Shown here in pieces: positions 1 to 12,462 of a DNA stretch of 64,000 nt. Made by a program: the position numbers and the translations under genes. The notes under the pieces are model-generated. The model ran no database searches. It saw only the letters and a list, made by a program, of their open reading frames with translations, and had not been told where the DNA came from. The first letter of the stretch is position 1; each line of letters begins with the position of its first letter. Source of the DNA: Macrostomum lignano (taxonomy: Eukaryota). Where the stretch lies: positions 59,666-123,665 of the forward strand of contig NIVC01003040.1 in the NCBI GenBank assembly GCA_002269645.1. The letters are read 5' to 3'.

Positions 1-702
1 CCAAGAGTGGCACGGACACCTGCAACAGGATGTTCCGCACATCCGACTGCAAGCGAAAGTCCGACTCATGCGAGAAGGCAATCTTCTCCGGCGGCATACT
101 CAACATAGCAGCTGTGAATGCCGCTGCCATCTGGAGACTGGCGCACCCGGAGCTCTGCGCCTCGCCGAACTATCGCAACGAGTTCCAGCGCAAGGCAGCT
201 GCGCGACATCTGCAACCTCTGATCGAGAAGCGCTCGCAATCGGCCGCTCTTCTTCAGAATCTGTCCAATCATCACCGGCTGATGATCCAGCTCGCAGGTT
301 GTCAAATCAACGACGAGCAAATGAAGGAACAGGCAAGCGTGCCTTGAGTGCGACAACAAGGAAGTGTTGCATATGTGATGAAGGAATTTGCCGAAGACAC
401 ACTGCGATGAAAATTGACTCCGCTTTTGTGTCTATGTGTCGGTGTTCAGATCCTTTGCACTGAATTTGCTGTAATGTCATTTTAGACATGCTGTAATATC
501 ATTTTTGACATGCTGTAATATCATTTTTTACAAATTAAATATTTTATTTTTTCAGTCGCCAAATAAATCTGTAACTCTCCAATTTAACATGGTGCAAAAG
601 CATTGTATAATATGCAGACATGCCTAGTTTGGAGCCTTGATAGAAAAATCACGATTTTGGGGGTGCCAGCTCGTCGGGGCCGCGTGGGTGGCACTCCGTT
701 AA
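1..702 (+). mobile_element. piggyBac-like transposon 3' remnant: transposase C-terminus with Cys-rich domain, then a probable right end at TTAA
   Basis: The 30..347 frame reads 'CKRKS...AIFSGGILNIAAVNAAAIWRL', resembling the piggyBac core end (xRRW...F..ilniAxvNa.iiw). A second frame has 'TTRKCCICDEGICRRH', like the C-terminal CxxC...CxxH domain. An imperfect palindrome (gggtgcca...tggcactc, 661-696) precedes TTAA at 699-702. The 5' part is outside the window. Confidence 0.6.
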
Positions 703-1814
703 GGTCCAGAAGGTCGCCTGTATGTCTACAGGTCAACCTAGAGGGTCGCCATCGTCCATTTCATTCACCGATTGTGTCTACTGACTGAATGCTGCATGCA
801 GAAGAGGATTATTCCATTTCAGTTTTGGGAACGCAGCCGCCTCTGAGACGCCGATCGGGTGCTTTTGTTGAAGGTCCCGACGGTCGCCGCCGTTGCTCCA
901 GACGGAGATGAAGGGGACCCTGGGGCCTGGGACGCTGAGAACAAAGGCCTCACGACCGATATGCATAGTTTGTTGAGCCGACGTGGTTTCATGATGAGAT
1001 TTTGTGAGCAGAAAAATTTTGCCAATGTTGGTGGTTTTTGTCACCAGACACCTCGAGGAGAATCGTTGAATATCTCGACGATGCCGATAATTCGTGATTC
1101 TCGAAGTTGCTTCATCGAATAGAGCGGAAAATTTTAGCCCGTGTTCTGGATTTTCATGGCAATCGGTTAAATATTCTTGGAGATCCAGACAAAGGAAAAT
1201 GTGTGTATTTGAAATACACCCCCATGGTCTTTCTACTGTTAATGCGACTGGGTCCGCGAGTTACCGATATCCCTAGTGCCTTTTGGAGTGACTTGAGAGT
1301 GACTGCGGGAGAGACAGCGAGAGTGAGCTCATTGGCGACTCACATCTTTCTGCCAGCTAAGCAGGCGGGAGGGCCTTCGGGCGTGGTCCCGATCTCCTTC
1401 GATCGGCTCAAGTCGCAGGGAGCAGAAGAGGATGAATGGAGGGCAAAAGCCGTGAAATTCGAGTTGCAGCCCTGAATGGGATGGAGAATTGGGAGATCAG
1501 CAGAGACGATAAGGCTCGGGAACGGGATGCGCGAGACAAATAGGAGAGAAGAATTCAGAGAGAGAGATCAGGAGGCTTTAATCCGATTTAATCTGATTAA
1601 GGACCTGTTTACCGGTCAGGTGTGACACAAGGATCACCTTAGAATAACGAATTCAAAAGCAGCATTGGGAAACTACAAGTGCAGAACTGAAATTGCATGA
1701 GCCTAACATTAATAAAGTAACAGAATCTGTCGTGAGACTTTCCGCTTATAATTTGAGTATATTTTTACTGGAAATGTGAGTGTGACGTTGCTCAGAATAC
1801 ATGCAGCATAGGAA

Positions 1815-2255
1815 TTCCCCTTAGCATGCTAGAGAAGCGTTCCAAGGTCACTCAAAATAGCATTGGAATTCCCTCAGCAGGGGGCAAGGAAGACTTGCCA
1901 AGTTCTACAAGGAATGCATTCGAATAAAATCACTAGACATGTGTGTAACGTCGCCAAGAATATATGCATTCCCCTTAGGAATTCCCCTTAGCATGCTAGA
2001 TAAGCGCGTCTAGGTCGCAAAGATTAGATTCGGGATTCCCCCAGCATGCACGAGAAGCGTGCCAAGGTCGCAAGATTCGGGATCCCCCCCACTATGCGCG
2101 AGAAGCGTGCCAAGGTTGCAAAATTAGATTCTGGATTCCCCACAGCATGCACGAGAAGCGTGTCAAGGTCACAAATATTTGATTCGGGATTCCCCCAGCA
2201 TGCAAGAAAGGCGTGCCACAAGGTCAGAAAAAATGCATTCGAGATTCCCTCAGTA
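1815..2255. repeat. Degenerate ~50-bp tandem repeat (gattcgggattccccagcatgcacgagaagcgtgccaaggtcgcaa)
   Basis: Clear copies at 2025-2220, with more degenerate copies upstream. Confidence 0.75.
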
Positions 2256-2671
2256 TGTAAAAAAACGTATCAAGTGTCAAGGCCACAGCGGAGACTTTTT
2301 CACTACGTTTTTTCCTTTAGTCTAAGATTGCAGGCAGAAAAATTGTGTGATATGTTGAACTCAAACGAAAACAAAACATTTCATTCATACTACTTCATAA
2401 AAGAGTAGTACCATAAATGAAAAATAATTTTTCTTACAGATCATAGATCTAATAACCAGCTTGAAATAACTAGCACTTCAGAACTGCTCATTAGCTGAGG
2501 TGCTGCTCTACTAATCCTCATTTGGAAGAGCTCTCAGGGCGCACGGCACGGGCGTAGCTTTTTTTAAGTTTGCTTTTTGCAGTTGCAGCCTGACCTGATT
2601 TTTTATTTTCAGAATTTCAAGCATTCAAGTTCGTGCTATCCTGGACTTGTTCTCAGCCTGTTTTCTTCACC

Positions 2672-3192
2672 TTGCTGTTGATGCTGTCACTCTGTCTGTC
2701 CCGCTCTCAGCACTCTGTTCACTCCTGCTGCTGTTGATGCTGTCACTCTGTCTGTCCCGCTCTCAGCACTCTGTTCACTCCTGCTGCAGCTGATGCTGTT
2801 ACTCTGTCTGTCCCGCTCTCAGCACTCTGTTCACTCCTGCTGCTGTTGATGCTGTCACTCTGTCTGTCCCGCTCTCAGCACTCTGTTCACTCCTGCTGCA
2901 GCTGATGCTGTTACTCTGTCTGTCCCGCTCTCAGCACTCTGTTCACTCCTGCTGCTGTTGATGCTGTCACTCTGTCTGTCCCGCTCTCAGCACTCTGTTC
3001 ACTCCTGCTGCTGTTGATGCTGTTACTCTGTCTGTCCCGCTCTCAGCACTCTGTTCACTCCTGCTGCTGTTGATGCTGTCACTCTGTCTGTCCCGCTCTC
3101 AGCACTCTGTTCACTCCTGCTGCTGTTGATGCTGTTACTCTGTCTGTCCCGCTCTCAGCACTCTGTTCACTCCTGCTGCTGTTGATGCTGTC
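2672..3192. repeat. 56-bp minisatellite, ~9 copies
   Basis: Unit gctgttgatgctgtcactctgtctgtcccgctctcagcactctgttcactcctgct; period checked from 2701 to 2757. Confidence 0.95.
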
Positions 3193-3939
3193 AAGCACCA
3201 GTGCAGTATTTACTTTTCCATAAAGGCAGGTTAGTGCTCGCAAATTGACTGGAGTAGCCAAGCTAGTTACGGAAAGGACAAAACCTGTGTGCCTGGAGCG
3301 GCACGAACAGCAAACAAGGTCAGGACCGAGCCGCCATGGAAATTGCTGGGTTTTCGGAGTCGCGCGCTTATGGCAAAGATGTTGCTGCTGCTCAGAGGTT
3401 GTAAAAACAGCCATCAGTGACCCCGCTACTTATCGTATGCGAAGGGGCCCCCGGCTGTGGGAGCATTAATCTTAAAACTGTACCTCAAATTCATAGTTTT
3501 GAGGTCTGCTCACCACCTGATCCCAGCACTGGCAAATCCTTCGCTGCCGCAAAATGCACTGCCGAAATGGGAAATTTTCAGCATTTGGCAAAAATCGACC
3601 GAGAGGGTTGGTTCGCGCGTTTGCTAATGTGCTTGCCAGTCTTCAATTTACATGTACTTTTGAATCAAACCCAGGCAGTACTTCAGTATACAGATGATAA
3701 AGCTGAAGAATGCAGCCGTCAGTTAACTCGAAATCCTTCATTTTCAGCTGCACTGCTTTTTTGTACGGGTTGGATTTATTGTGGACAAATGTATTGTACA
3801 ATGCGCATCTGGCAAGTGCTTAAGAACAGGATCAATAAGACAATGCTTTAGACTCAGTCTGAAGAGATGCGGAAGAGAGTTCTGGCAGGTAAATTTGCAG
3901 ACTTTTTCGAATAGTAAGTGATTATCTCCCTCTTCTTAA

Positions 3940-5145
3940 GTGATTATTTCTCTCCCCTCTTCTCTCTTCCACTCCTTTATTCTCTCCCCTCTTCTCTCTT
4001 CCATTCCTTTATTCTCTCCCCTCTTCTCTCTTCCACTTCTTTATTCTCTCCCCTCTTCTCTCTTCCATTCCTTTATTCTCTCCCCTCTTCTCTCTTCCAT
4101 TCCTTTATTCTCTCCCCTCTTCTCTCTTCCACTCCTTTATTCTCTCCCCTCTTCTCTCTTCCACTTCTTTATTCTCTCCCCTCTTCTCTCTTCCATTCCT
4201 TTATTCTCTCCCCTCTTCTCTCTTCCATTCCTTTATTCTCTCCCCTCTTCTCTCTTCCACTCCTTTATTCTCTCCCCTCTTCTCTCTTCCACTCCTTTAT
4301 TCTCTCCCCTCTTCTCTCTTCCACTCCTTTATTCTCTCCCCTCTTCTCTCTTCCACTTCTTTATTCTCTCCCCTCTTCTCTCTTCCACTCCTTTATTCTC
4401 TCCCCTCTTCTCTCTTCCACTCCTTTATTCTCTCCCCTCTTCTTTCTTCCACTCCTTTATTCTCTCCCCTCTTCTCTCTTCCACTCCTTTATTCTCTCCC
4501 CTCTTCTCTCTTCCACTCCTTTATTCTCTCCCCTCTTCTCTCTTCCACTTCTTTATTCTCTCCCCTCTTCTCTCTTCCACTTCTTTATTCTCTCCCCTCT
4601 TCTCTCTTCCACTTCTTTATTCTCTCCCCTCTTCTCTATTCCATTCCTGTATTCTCTCCCCTCTTCTCTCTTCCATTCCTGTATTCTCTCCCCTCTTCTC
4701 TATTCCATTCCGGTATTCTCTCCCCTCTTCTCTCTTCCATTCCTGTATTCTCTCCCCTCTTCTCTATTCCATTCCTGTATTCTCTCCCCTCTTCTCTCTT
4801 CCATTCCTGTATTCTCTCCCCTCTTCTCTCTTCCATTCCTGTATTCTCTCCCCTCTTCTCTATTCCATTCCTGTATTCTCTCCCCTCTTCTCTCTTCCAT
4901 TCCTGTATTCTCTCCCCTCTTCTCTATTCCATTCCTGTATTCTCTCCCCTCTTCTCTCTTCCATTCCGGTATTCTCTTCCCTCTTCTCTCTTCCACTCCT
5001 TTATTCTCTCCTCTCTTCTCTCTTCCATTCTCTTCTCTCTCCTCTCTCTTTTTCCCGTCCCTCCTCTCTTCAATCTTCTCTATCCTCTTTTCTCATTCCC
5101 CCCTCCTTTCGCTTCTCTTCTATTCTTCTTCTCTTCTATCTCTCT

Positions 5146-5222
<77 letters not shown>
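3940..5222. repeat. 32-bp pyrimidine-rich minisatellite followed by a (CT)n microsatellite
   Basis: Unit ttattctctcccctcttctctcttccactcct runs to ~5030; pure (CT)n at ~5150-5220. Confidence 0.95.
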
Positions 5223-5223
<1 letters not shown>

Positions 5224-5339
5224 TTTCTTTTTTCTCTTATCCCAGCTTCACCTCCTTCTTTCATCTGCTCCCCTATTCTCAGAATTCTCTCCATGCATTT
5301 CTCCCATAGTCAGGTCTCTTCCCACTGTCCCAGCGGCAG

Positions 5340-5933
5340 TCAGAAGTTCTGATAGCCCGCAAACAGCTCGCCCAGAATCCAGTCGATGGTGCTCTCGTAC
5401 AGCTGCCGGACGGCGCAGTACTTCTCCTCGCCCATGCTGTCCGCCACGGCCTCCAAGAACGGCTCCCGCATGAGCCAGAAGTGCTCGGCCTCGAAGTCAT
5501 GGAACAGGCGGTGCGTCCTGCCCGTGTACCACAGCCGGCGGCCCACAGCGTCAGGCTCGTGCAGCCCGCTGATGGCCTCGTCCAGCAGGCTCATAACCGT
5601 AGCCGCGTGCCGCTGCAGGTCGAGGTTGTCGGCCGTCAGGCAGCCGCTGCTCAGGCCGCTCGGACTCACCAGGCTGCTGCTGAAGTTGCGGAAGATGCCA
5701 AGCAGCAGGGGCCGCTGCTGGAACAGCAACAGGAACATGCGGACCCCGGCCTGGCACACCTGCTGCTGCACCGCCACCCAGGAGGCTCTGAGCTGGGCGA
5801 GGTCCTCAGGCTCCGACACGGGGCACTGCCAGCGCACCGGCTGCGGGTGGCGCCGGGGTCGGGGGCCGCCTGGCTGGGCCTTGCCAGGCGGAGTCGGGCT
5901 GGATGAAGCCGCTACAGATGCTGAGCAGCCCAT
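5340..5933 (-). CDS. Globin X / neuroglobin-like membrane-anchored globin, single exon, ~197 aa
   Basis: Globin-fold motifs: A-helix 'QLRASW', CD1 Phe in 'LLGIFRNF', distal His E7 in 'LQRHAATVM', proximal His F8 in 'TGRTHRLF', G/H helices 'HFWLMREPFLEAV...LYESTIDWI'. The N-terminus MGCSASV (ATG at 5933) fits a myristoylation/palmitoylation motif. Confidence 0.9.
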   Translation of the reverse strand: MGCSASVAASSSPTPPGKAQPGGPRPRRHPQPVRWQCPVSEPEDLAQLRASWVAVQQQVCQAGVRMFLLLFQQRPLLLGIFRNFSSSLVSPSGLSSGCLTADNLDLQRHAATVMSLLDEAISGLHEPDAVGRRLWYTGRTHRLFHDFEAEHFWLMREPFLEAVADSMGEEKYCAVRQLYESTIDWILGELFAGYQNF

Positions 5934-6399
5934 GCTGGCGGTGTCGGGAGTGACAGGTGAAGGGGCTGATCGCATCCGATTCCTGAAGCGGCGCGGGGTC
6001 GAGGATAAATCGGAGTTGAGGTACCAGTCGCTCGCTTCTGATTGGCTGGCTGTGCAGCCCCCCCCCCCGATTCTTCGGCTTCCGAGTCCGCATGAAGCAG
6101 TCGGGCAGGCAGCGCACGTACAACACGTTTTTGATCGTTTTGTGTTTTTTTCTAAATTGAGTAATTAGGATTCAAAAAAATATTTCTAATTAAAAACCTG
6201 AGCACAAACTCACACAGAGTGCCCTTTGAGACACGGTTGCTGTTGTTTAAGAAGACGAGTGCTAGGAGCAGGCAGACTGCTCAAATTTCCCGGGGTACCT
6301 ATTAGCGCCGGGACTTGGCGTTTTTGGCTCGGCAGCAGCTCGGAGGTTGGAGAGCTTTTGGTGCAGTGTGACTTTTTTGACCCACTATTAAAGAAGAGA

Positions 6400-8270
6400 T
6401 GGAGACCGAGATAGAGATAGAGAGGGAGATAGAGACAGAGATAAATATAGAGATAGAGACAGAGACAGACACAGAGACAGAGACAGAGATAGAGACAGAC
6501 ACAGACAGAGACAGAGATAGAGACAGACACAGACAGAGATAGAGATAGAGAGGGAGATAGAGACAGAGATAAATATAGAGATAGAAACAGACAGACACAG
6601 AGACAGAGACAGAGATAGAGATAGAGACAGACAGAGACAAAGATAGAGACAGACACAGACAGAGATAGAGACAGACACAGAGACAGAGACAGAGACAGAG
6701 ATAGAGACAGACACAGACAGAGATAGAGACAGACACAGAGACAGAGACAGAGACAGAGACAGACAGAGACAGAGATAGAGACAGAGACAGAGACAGAGAC
6801 AGACAGAGACAGACAGAGATAGAGGAAGAGACAGAGACAGAGACAGAGACAGAGACAGAGACAGACAGAGACAGACAGAGATAGAGATAGAGACAGAGAC
6901 AGAGACAGACAGAGACAGACAGAGACAGACAGAGACAGAGATAGAGACAGAGACAGACAGAGACAGAGACAGACAGAGATAGAGGAAGAGACAGAGACAG
7001 AGACAGAGATAGAGACAGAGATAGAGACAGACAGAGACAGACAGAGATAGAGACAGAGACAGAGACAGAGACAGACACAGACAGAGATAGAGATAGAGAC
7101 AGACACAGAGACAGAGACAGACAGAGACAGAGATAGAGATAGAGACAGACAGAGACAGAGACAGACACAGACAGAGATAGAGATAGAGACAGACACAGAC
7201 AGAGATAGAGACAGACACAGAGACAGACAGACACAGAGACAGACAGAGACACAGACAGAGATAGAGACAGACAGAGACAGAGATAGAGACAGAGACAGAG
7301 ACATACAGACACAGAGACAGACAGAGATAGAGATAGAGACAGAGAGAGACAGAGACAGACAGAGATAGAGATAGAGACAGACAGAGACAGAGACAGAGAC
7401 AGAAGGAGATAGAGATAGAGACAGACACAGACAGAGATAGAGACAGACACAGAGACAGACAGACACAGAGACAGACAGAGACAGAGATAGAGACAGACAC
7501 AGACAGAGATAGAGACAGACACAGAGACAGACAGAGACAGAGATAGAGACAGAGAGAGACAGAGACAGACACAGACAGAGATAGAGATAGAGACAGACAG
7601 AGACAGAGACAGAGACAGAAGGAGATAGAGATAGAGACAGACACAGACAGAGATAGAGATAGAGACAGACACAGACAGAGATAGAGATAGAGACAGACAC
7701 AGACAGAGATAGAGACAGACAGAGATAGAGATAGAGACAGACACAGAGACAGACAGAGACAGACAGAGATAGAGACAGACACAGAGACAGAGACAGACAC
7801 AGAGACAGAGACAGAGACAGAGACAGACAGAGATAGAGATAGAGACAGACACAGAGACAGAGACAGACAGAGACAGAGATAGAGACAGAGACAGACACAG
7901 ACAGAGATAGAGATAGAGACAGACACAGAGACAGACACAGACACAGAGACAGACACAGACACAGACAGATATAGAGATAGAGACAGACACAGAGACAGAC
8001 ACAGACACAGAGACAGACACAGACACAGACACAGACACAGACACAGACAGAGATAGAGACAGACACAGAGACAGACACAGACACAGAGACAGACACAGAC
8101 ACAGAGACAGACACAGACACAGAGACAGACACAGACACAGACACAGACAGAGATAGAGATAGAGACAGACACAGAGACAGACACAGACACAGAGACAGAC
8201 ACAGACACAGACACAGACAGATACAAACACAAAGATGTTTCCCAATCTGTATCTCTATATCTGTCTCTAT
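6400..8270. repeat. Compound (AG/AC/AT) microsatellite, ~1.85 kb (agacag/agatag/agacac)
   Basis: Seen directly; it accounts for the spurious 640-660 aa SV/CL ORFs. Confidence 0.97.
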
Positions 8271-8634
8271 CTATGACACGGACAGTGATGGAGATCACGC
8301 TGCGGCAGTTTCTATTTGTAGAAGATCGCTGAGCCATATACTTGGCGAGCGGTGTTGAAGAGAGGCTGAGAGATGATGCCACAAAGAATTCTCAGTTGAT
8401 TCTTTAATCAGCAGGCCTTTAATTATTGATTCTCCCATATAATTGAATATGATATTTGAACAATTTTCCCCAGCAAGTCTGATTATAGAGGCATCAGAGC
8501 GACCCGCTGAGGCTGCGGCGGACCGGGCCATCACGCAATGCTGCAGCATCCGGGACATCAAAATTTAAGCGGCAATTTTCGACAAGAACTGCAGTCCACT
8601 GAGATTTAGCATCCCGCTCTCCAAATTCTATGCT

Positions 8635-8965
8635 TCTCTTCTCTCTCGTTTCTTCTCTCCTTTCTCATCTCCTCTCTCTTTTTTCTTAACTCCTCTCTTT
8701 TCTCATCTCTTTTTCTTCTGTCCTCTCTCTTTTCTCTCTTCACTCTTCTCTCTTTTTCTTCTCTACTTTCTCTTCCCTTTTCTCTTTTCTTCTCTACTTT
8801 CTCTTCTCTTCTCTCTTTTCTTCTCTACTTTCTCTTCTCTTCTCTCTTTTCTTCTCTACTTTCTCTTTTCTTCTCTCTTTTCTTCTCTACTTTCTCTTCT
8901 CTTCTCTCCTCTCTTCTCTTTTCTCTTTTCTTCTCTTCGCTCTCCTCTCTATCCTCTCCTCTTCT
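8635..8965. repeat. CT-rich low-complexity tract
   Basis: Recurring ttttcttctctactttctc-type units. Confidence 0.85.
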
Positions 8966-9611
8966 ACGTCTCTCTCATGTTGCACTCTTTGCTCCCACTG
9001 GATTCTCTCTTTCCAGTTTTGTTTTGAGACTATTTTGTTGCAGGTCTAAATAAGCATCCCAGCACCTCCCCACGCCTCACACCCGTTAGGGCGAGGCCGG
9101 CACCCCAGCGCCGCAGCTGTAAAAGTGCCCTAATTAGCTGCCGACTCGAACAGAGCCGATTTGCTTTGCTCGCTGAAGCGAGAAGGCTGCCCACCCCAGT
9201 CCGCATTCCCGCACCCTACAGCTCTGCCTCCCCGCCCACTGCGTGTGCTGGCCCAGCTGCTGCCAAAGAAAGAATGAGAGAAACATTTTAGCAGAAGTCG
9301 GCAGCTCAACCGGCTGAGCTCTTTGTGAAACGGGAAAAATGAAACCAAAGCCAGTAGGGCACGCGGAGTTGTAAAAGAAGGCGGATACAGGTTTCTAGGC
9401 TAATAGCAGTGCGGACCAGCTGCTTGTGCCTCGAGCATCAAAAATGCCTCATCATGTGACTTCAACAGGGAAGCTGCAGTGCCGGCTTCTGTGCCCCAGC
9501 TGCCAGAGGGAGTTTACCCTCTCGGCTGTTGCCATGGCAACCGTAGTTGAGGATCAACCGGGCCGGACGCAGGAAGTTGGGTAAGCTTGAAACCTGGAAA
9601 CTTGGTTGAAA

Positions 9612-9912
9612 TCTGTCCTGCACCTGTGTGTGAGCTGTCCTCCACCTGTGTGTGAGCTGTCCTCCACCTGTGTGTGTGCTGTCCTGCACCTGTGTGTGAG
9701 CTGTCCTCCACCTGTGTGTGTGCTGTCCTCCACCTGTGTGTGAGCTGTCCTCCACCTGTGTGTGTGCTGTCCTCCGCCTGTGTGTGAGCTGTCCTCCACC
9801 TGTGTGTGAGCTGTCCTGCACCTGTGTGTGCTGTCCGCCACCTGTGTGTGAGCTGTCCTCCACCTGTGTGTGTGCTTTCCTGCATCTGTGTGTGTGCTGT
9901 TCGCCACCTGTC
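9612..9912. repeat. 22-24-bp minisatellite (ctgtcctccacctgtgtgtgag)
   Basis: About 13 visible copies. Confidence 0.92.
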
Positions 9913-10311
9913 TGTGTTGCCATTTTCTTTTATCACGTGAGAGCCTGTCGCAGCTGCTCCCCCACTCTGCTCAAACGCAAGCAGAGGCGCACCACCAGGT
10001 GCCGCAGCTTCGCCCAGCGGAAGGCATTGGAAGCTGAGCCAGAGCGCGGCGGACGCGGAGATCAAAGAAGCTATTGTTCCTCAATGCGGATCTCTTCATC
10101 AGTTTGCGTAAGTCGAAGAAAAACCCGATGGCTGAGGGCATAGCTAAGAAAACCTTGGATTCACCCAATTTGAGTTGCTTCACAATGCACTGATGGCATT
10201 CTTAATTCAATTAACATTGAGAAAGCTTTGGGACGTCTTGTCCAATTATTTTTCTTTCAGTGAAGGGAATTTTTTTATCTCTGTTACATAGTCTTATACT
10301 TTTGGAGCTCT

Positions 10312-10478
10312 GAGGGCTTATCTTTTCTCCTGACATGGGCTTATCGTTTCTCCTGACATGGGCTTATCGTTTCTCCTGACATGGGCTTATCGTTTCTCCT
10401 GACATGGGCTTATCGTTTCTCTTGAAATGGGCTTATCGTTTCTCCTGACATGGGCTTATCGTTTCTCCTGACATGGGC
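10312..10478. repeat. 23-bp minisatellite (gggcttatcgtttctcctgacat), ~7 copies
   Basis: Seen directly. Confidence 0.92.
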
Positions 10479-11337
10479 CCTTTTTACTGCAGTCATTGCT
10501 ATTGTCCCCCCTCAATGTACTTTTATCTGCCGAAGCTTACGGGGGGGAATTGCTGAGACGCCAAGACTCAAAGGGGAAGCTGATATCTTAGGCGAGAAAG
10601 CTGGAGTGTACACGAATTTCTATAATTCCAGTTCATTTAAAAACATATTTATTCGTTTCTTCGTTATTAATTTTCCATAAACTTGGGAGTTTCGTGTATG
10701 CTTACTACGGACATCATGGGCGTGGTTTTAATAATTTCACAATTTCAATTCCAATTTGTTTGGCTATCGAACTGACTTGTTTCAAACATCGCCATTTATA
10801 GAAAAAGCATAATTCGTGTACTTTTTGACACGGAGTCTCCAGATTTGTCAATCAAATATGAGCAATCGCTGATCCAAAAAAATTTAATCCCCTCTGCTCA
10901 CCGCTCAGACAGAGGGGCCTCATCAGCAGCCAGGAGCTCCGTTTTCACTCTCAGCTTCGCCCGCTCACTGCACGCAAAAGAGATTTCTGCGTTTTCAAAA
11001 TCAAGAGAGCTCGAATAATGGCTTTAATGGAAGGGAGTACACTGGGGAAGAGTCTGGGCGCTTCATCAGCGGCTATCAATTTCCTGAACATTACTTAATA
11101 TTTCAATTTACCAATATGAACTTAGGAGAAATTTGTCCTTCATGTGCTGTCCAAAAATTTCCCAATTTAGCAACTCGCAAGCGGCTGACGATACAGAAGT
11201 TCGGCTTCGGAGGCGCAACGAATCGCGAGCTGAGCAGCCCCGAATCAGGGAAACCACCTGGCTGATTGCTGCGGCGCCAACGAATGCGGCGCAGGGAAAT
11301 CCTGCGGCGCGGAATAGCGGCGGACAGAATTCCCACG

Positions 11338-11590
11338 TGGGGAATCCTGCCATGGGGAATCTGAGGATTCTCAGCACTGGGAATCCCGGCATGGGGAATC
11401 TGAGGATTCCCAGCACTGGAAATCCCGATTGGGAGAATCTGAGGATTCCCAGCACTGGGAATCCCGATTGGGAGAATCCAAGGAATTCCAGCTCTGGGAA
11501 TCGCGGCATGGGGAATCCGAGGAATTCCAGGTCTGGGAATCCAGGCATGGGGAATTCGAGGAATTCCAGCTCTGGGAATCCCGGCATGGT
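11338..11590. repeat. 39-bp self-complementary tandem repeat, ~6 copies, inside open frame 11133-11801
   Basis: Unit ggggaatctgaggattctcagcactgggaatcccggcat; translates as the 13-aa unit GNPGMGNLRIPST. Confidence 0.8.
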
Positions 11591-12089
11591 GAAAGCGGCA
11601 ACCGCTTTGGCACAGTTGAACTCGACAACATCAAAGAAGAAGCCGAGGCGCACCTGGTCGATTGAGCGACAGCGGCTCAACTGGCAGAAGGCGGAGAACG
11701 GCCGTCTGCCGTGGTTCCTTCGGCGACAGGTGCCGGAGACTCCGCTGATCGAAGTCGCGAGCAGCGCAGCGAAGGTTTGCCTCAAATGGCCTCTTCAGTA
11801 ATAATTTGGATTCAGCTCGAACTGCACAAACCTCAGGGATTCCAGACTGCTACATTGAAAGACCCGTGTAGCAAAGTGGCTGCTCAATGAAAACCCGTCA
11901 GCTCTGAGGAAATTGCTAATTTAAGATCTTAATTGATAGTGACAGCAGAGCGCGTGAGAATTTGAAGATGCGAAGCACTAGATAGGGGAACATGAGGTTA
12001 AAGAGGAAATTTGATCAGCTGGAAATTTTTATAGATTTAGAGGAATATGAAGCAAGTAATGTATGGAACTAATGGAATTAGAAGCAGCA

Positions 12090-12398
12090 GTGGGATCAGA
12101 GGGGAGAAATGGGATCAGAAGATGAGAAATGGGATTAGAAAGGGAGAAATGGATTAGAGGGGAGAAATGGGATCAGAAAGGGAGAAATGGATTAGAGGGG
12201 AGAAATGGGATCAGGGGTGAAGACTGAAGAGATGGGATCAGAAGGGGAGAAATGGGATCAGGGGTGGAGAGATGGGATCAGAAGGGGAGAAATGGGATCA
12301 GGGGTGGAGAGATGGGATCAGAAGGGGGGAAATGGGATCAGGGGTGGAGAGATGGGATCGGACGGGGGAAAAGGGATTAGAGCGGAGACATGGGATCA
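12090..12398. repeat. ~22-bp purine-rich minisatellite (gaaatgggatcagaaggggaga)
   Basis: Seen directly. Confidence 0.9.
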
Positions 12399-12462
12399 GA
12401 AAAAAGCAATGAGAGCCAGATCCCTCAATAAACTTTCCCGAATCCCTGTCAAAATTTTCCAG

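Noticed and set aside
778-1475. Short ORFs of 87-122 aa after the piggyBac end
   Set aside because: No recognisable motif or splice structure; may be part of another repeat.
3918-8382. Long ORFs of 460-660 aa (SPLFSL, SVSV and CLCL repeats)
   Set aside because: They are translations of the 32-bp minisatellite and the compound microsatellite; open in several frames because of base composition.
8295-10183. GC-rich islands with short ORFs (8295-8561, 9940-10140)
   Set aside because: No consistent frame, strand or family could be supported.
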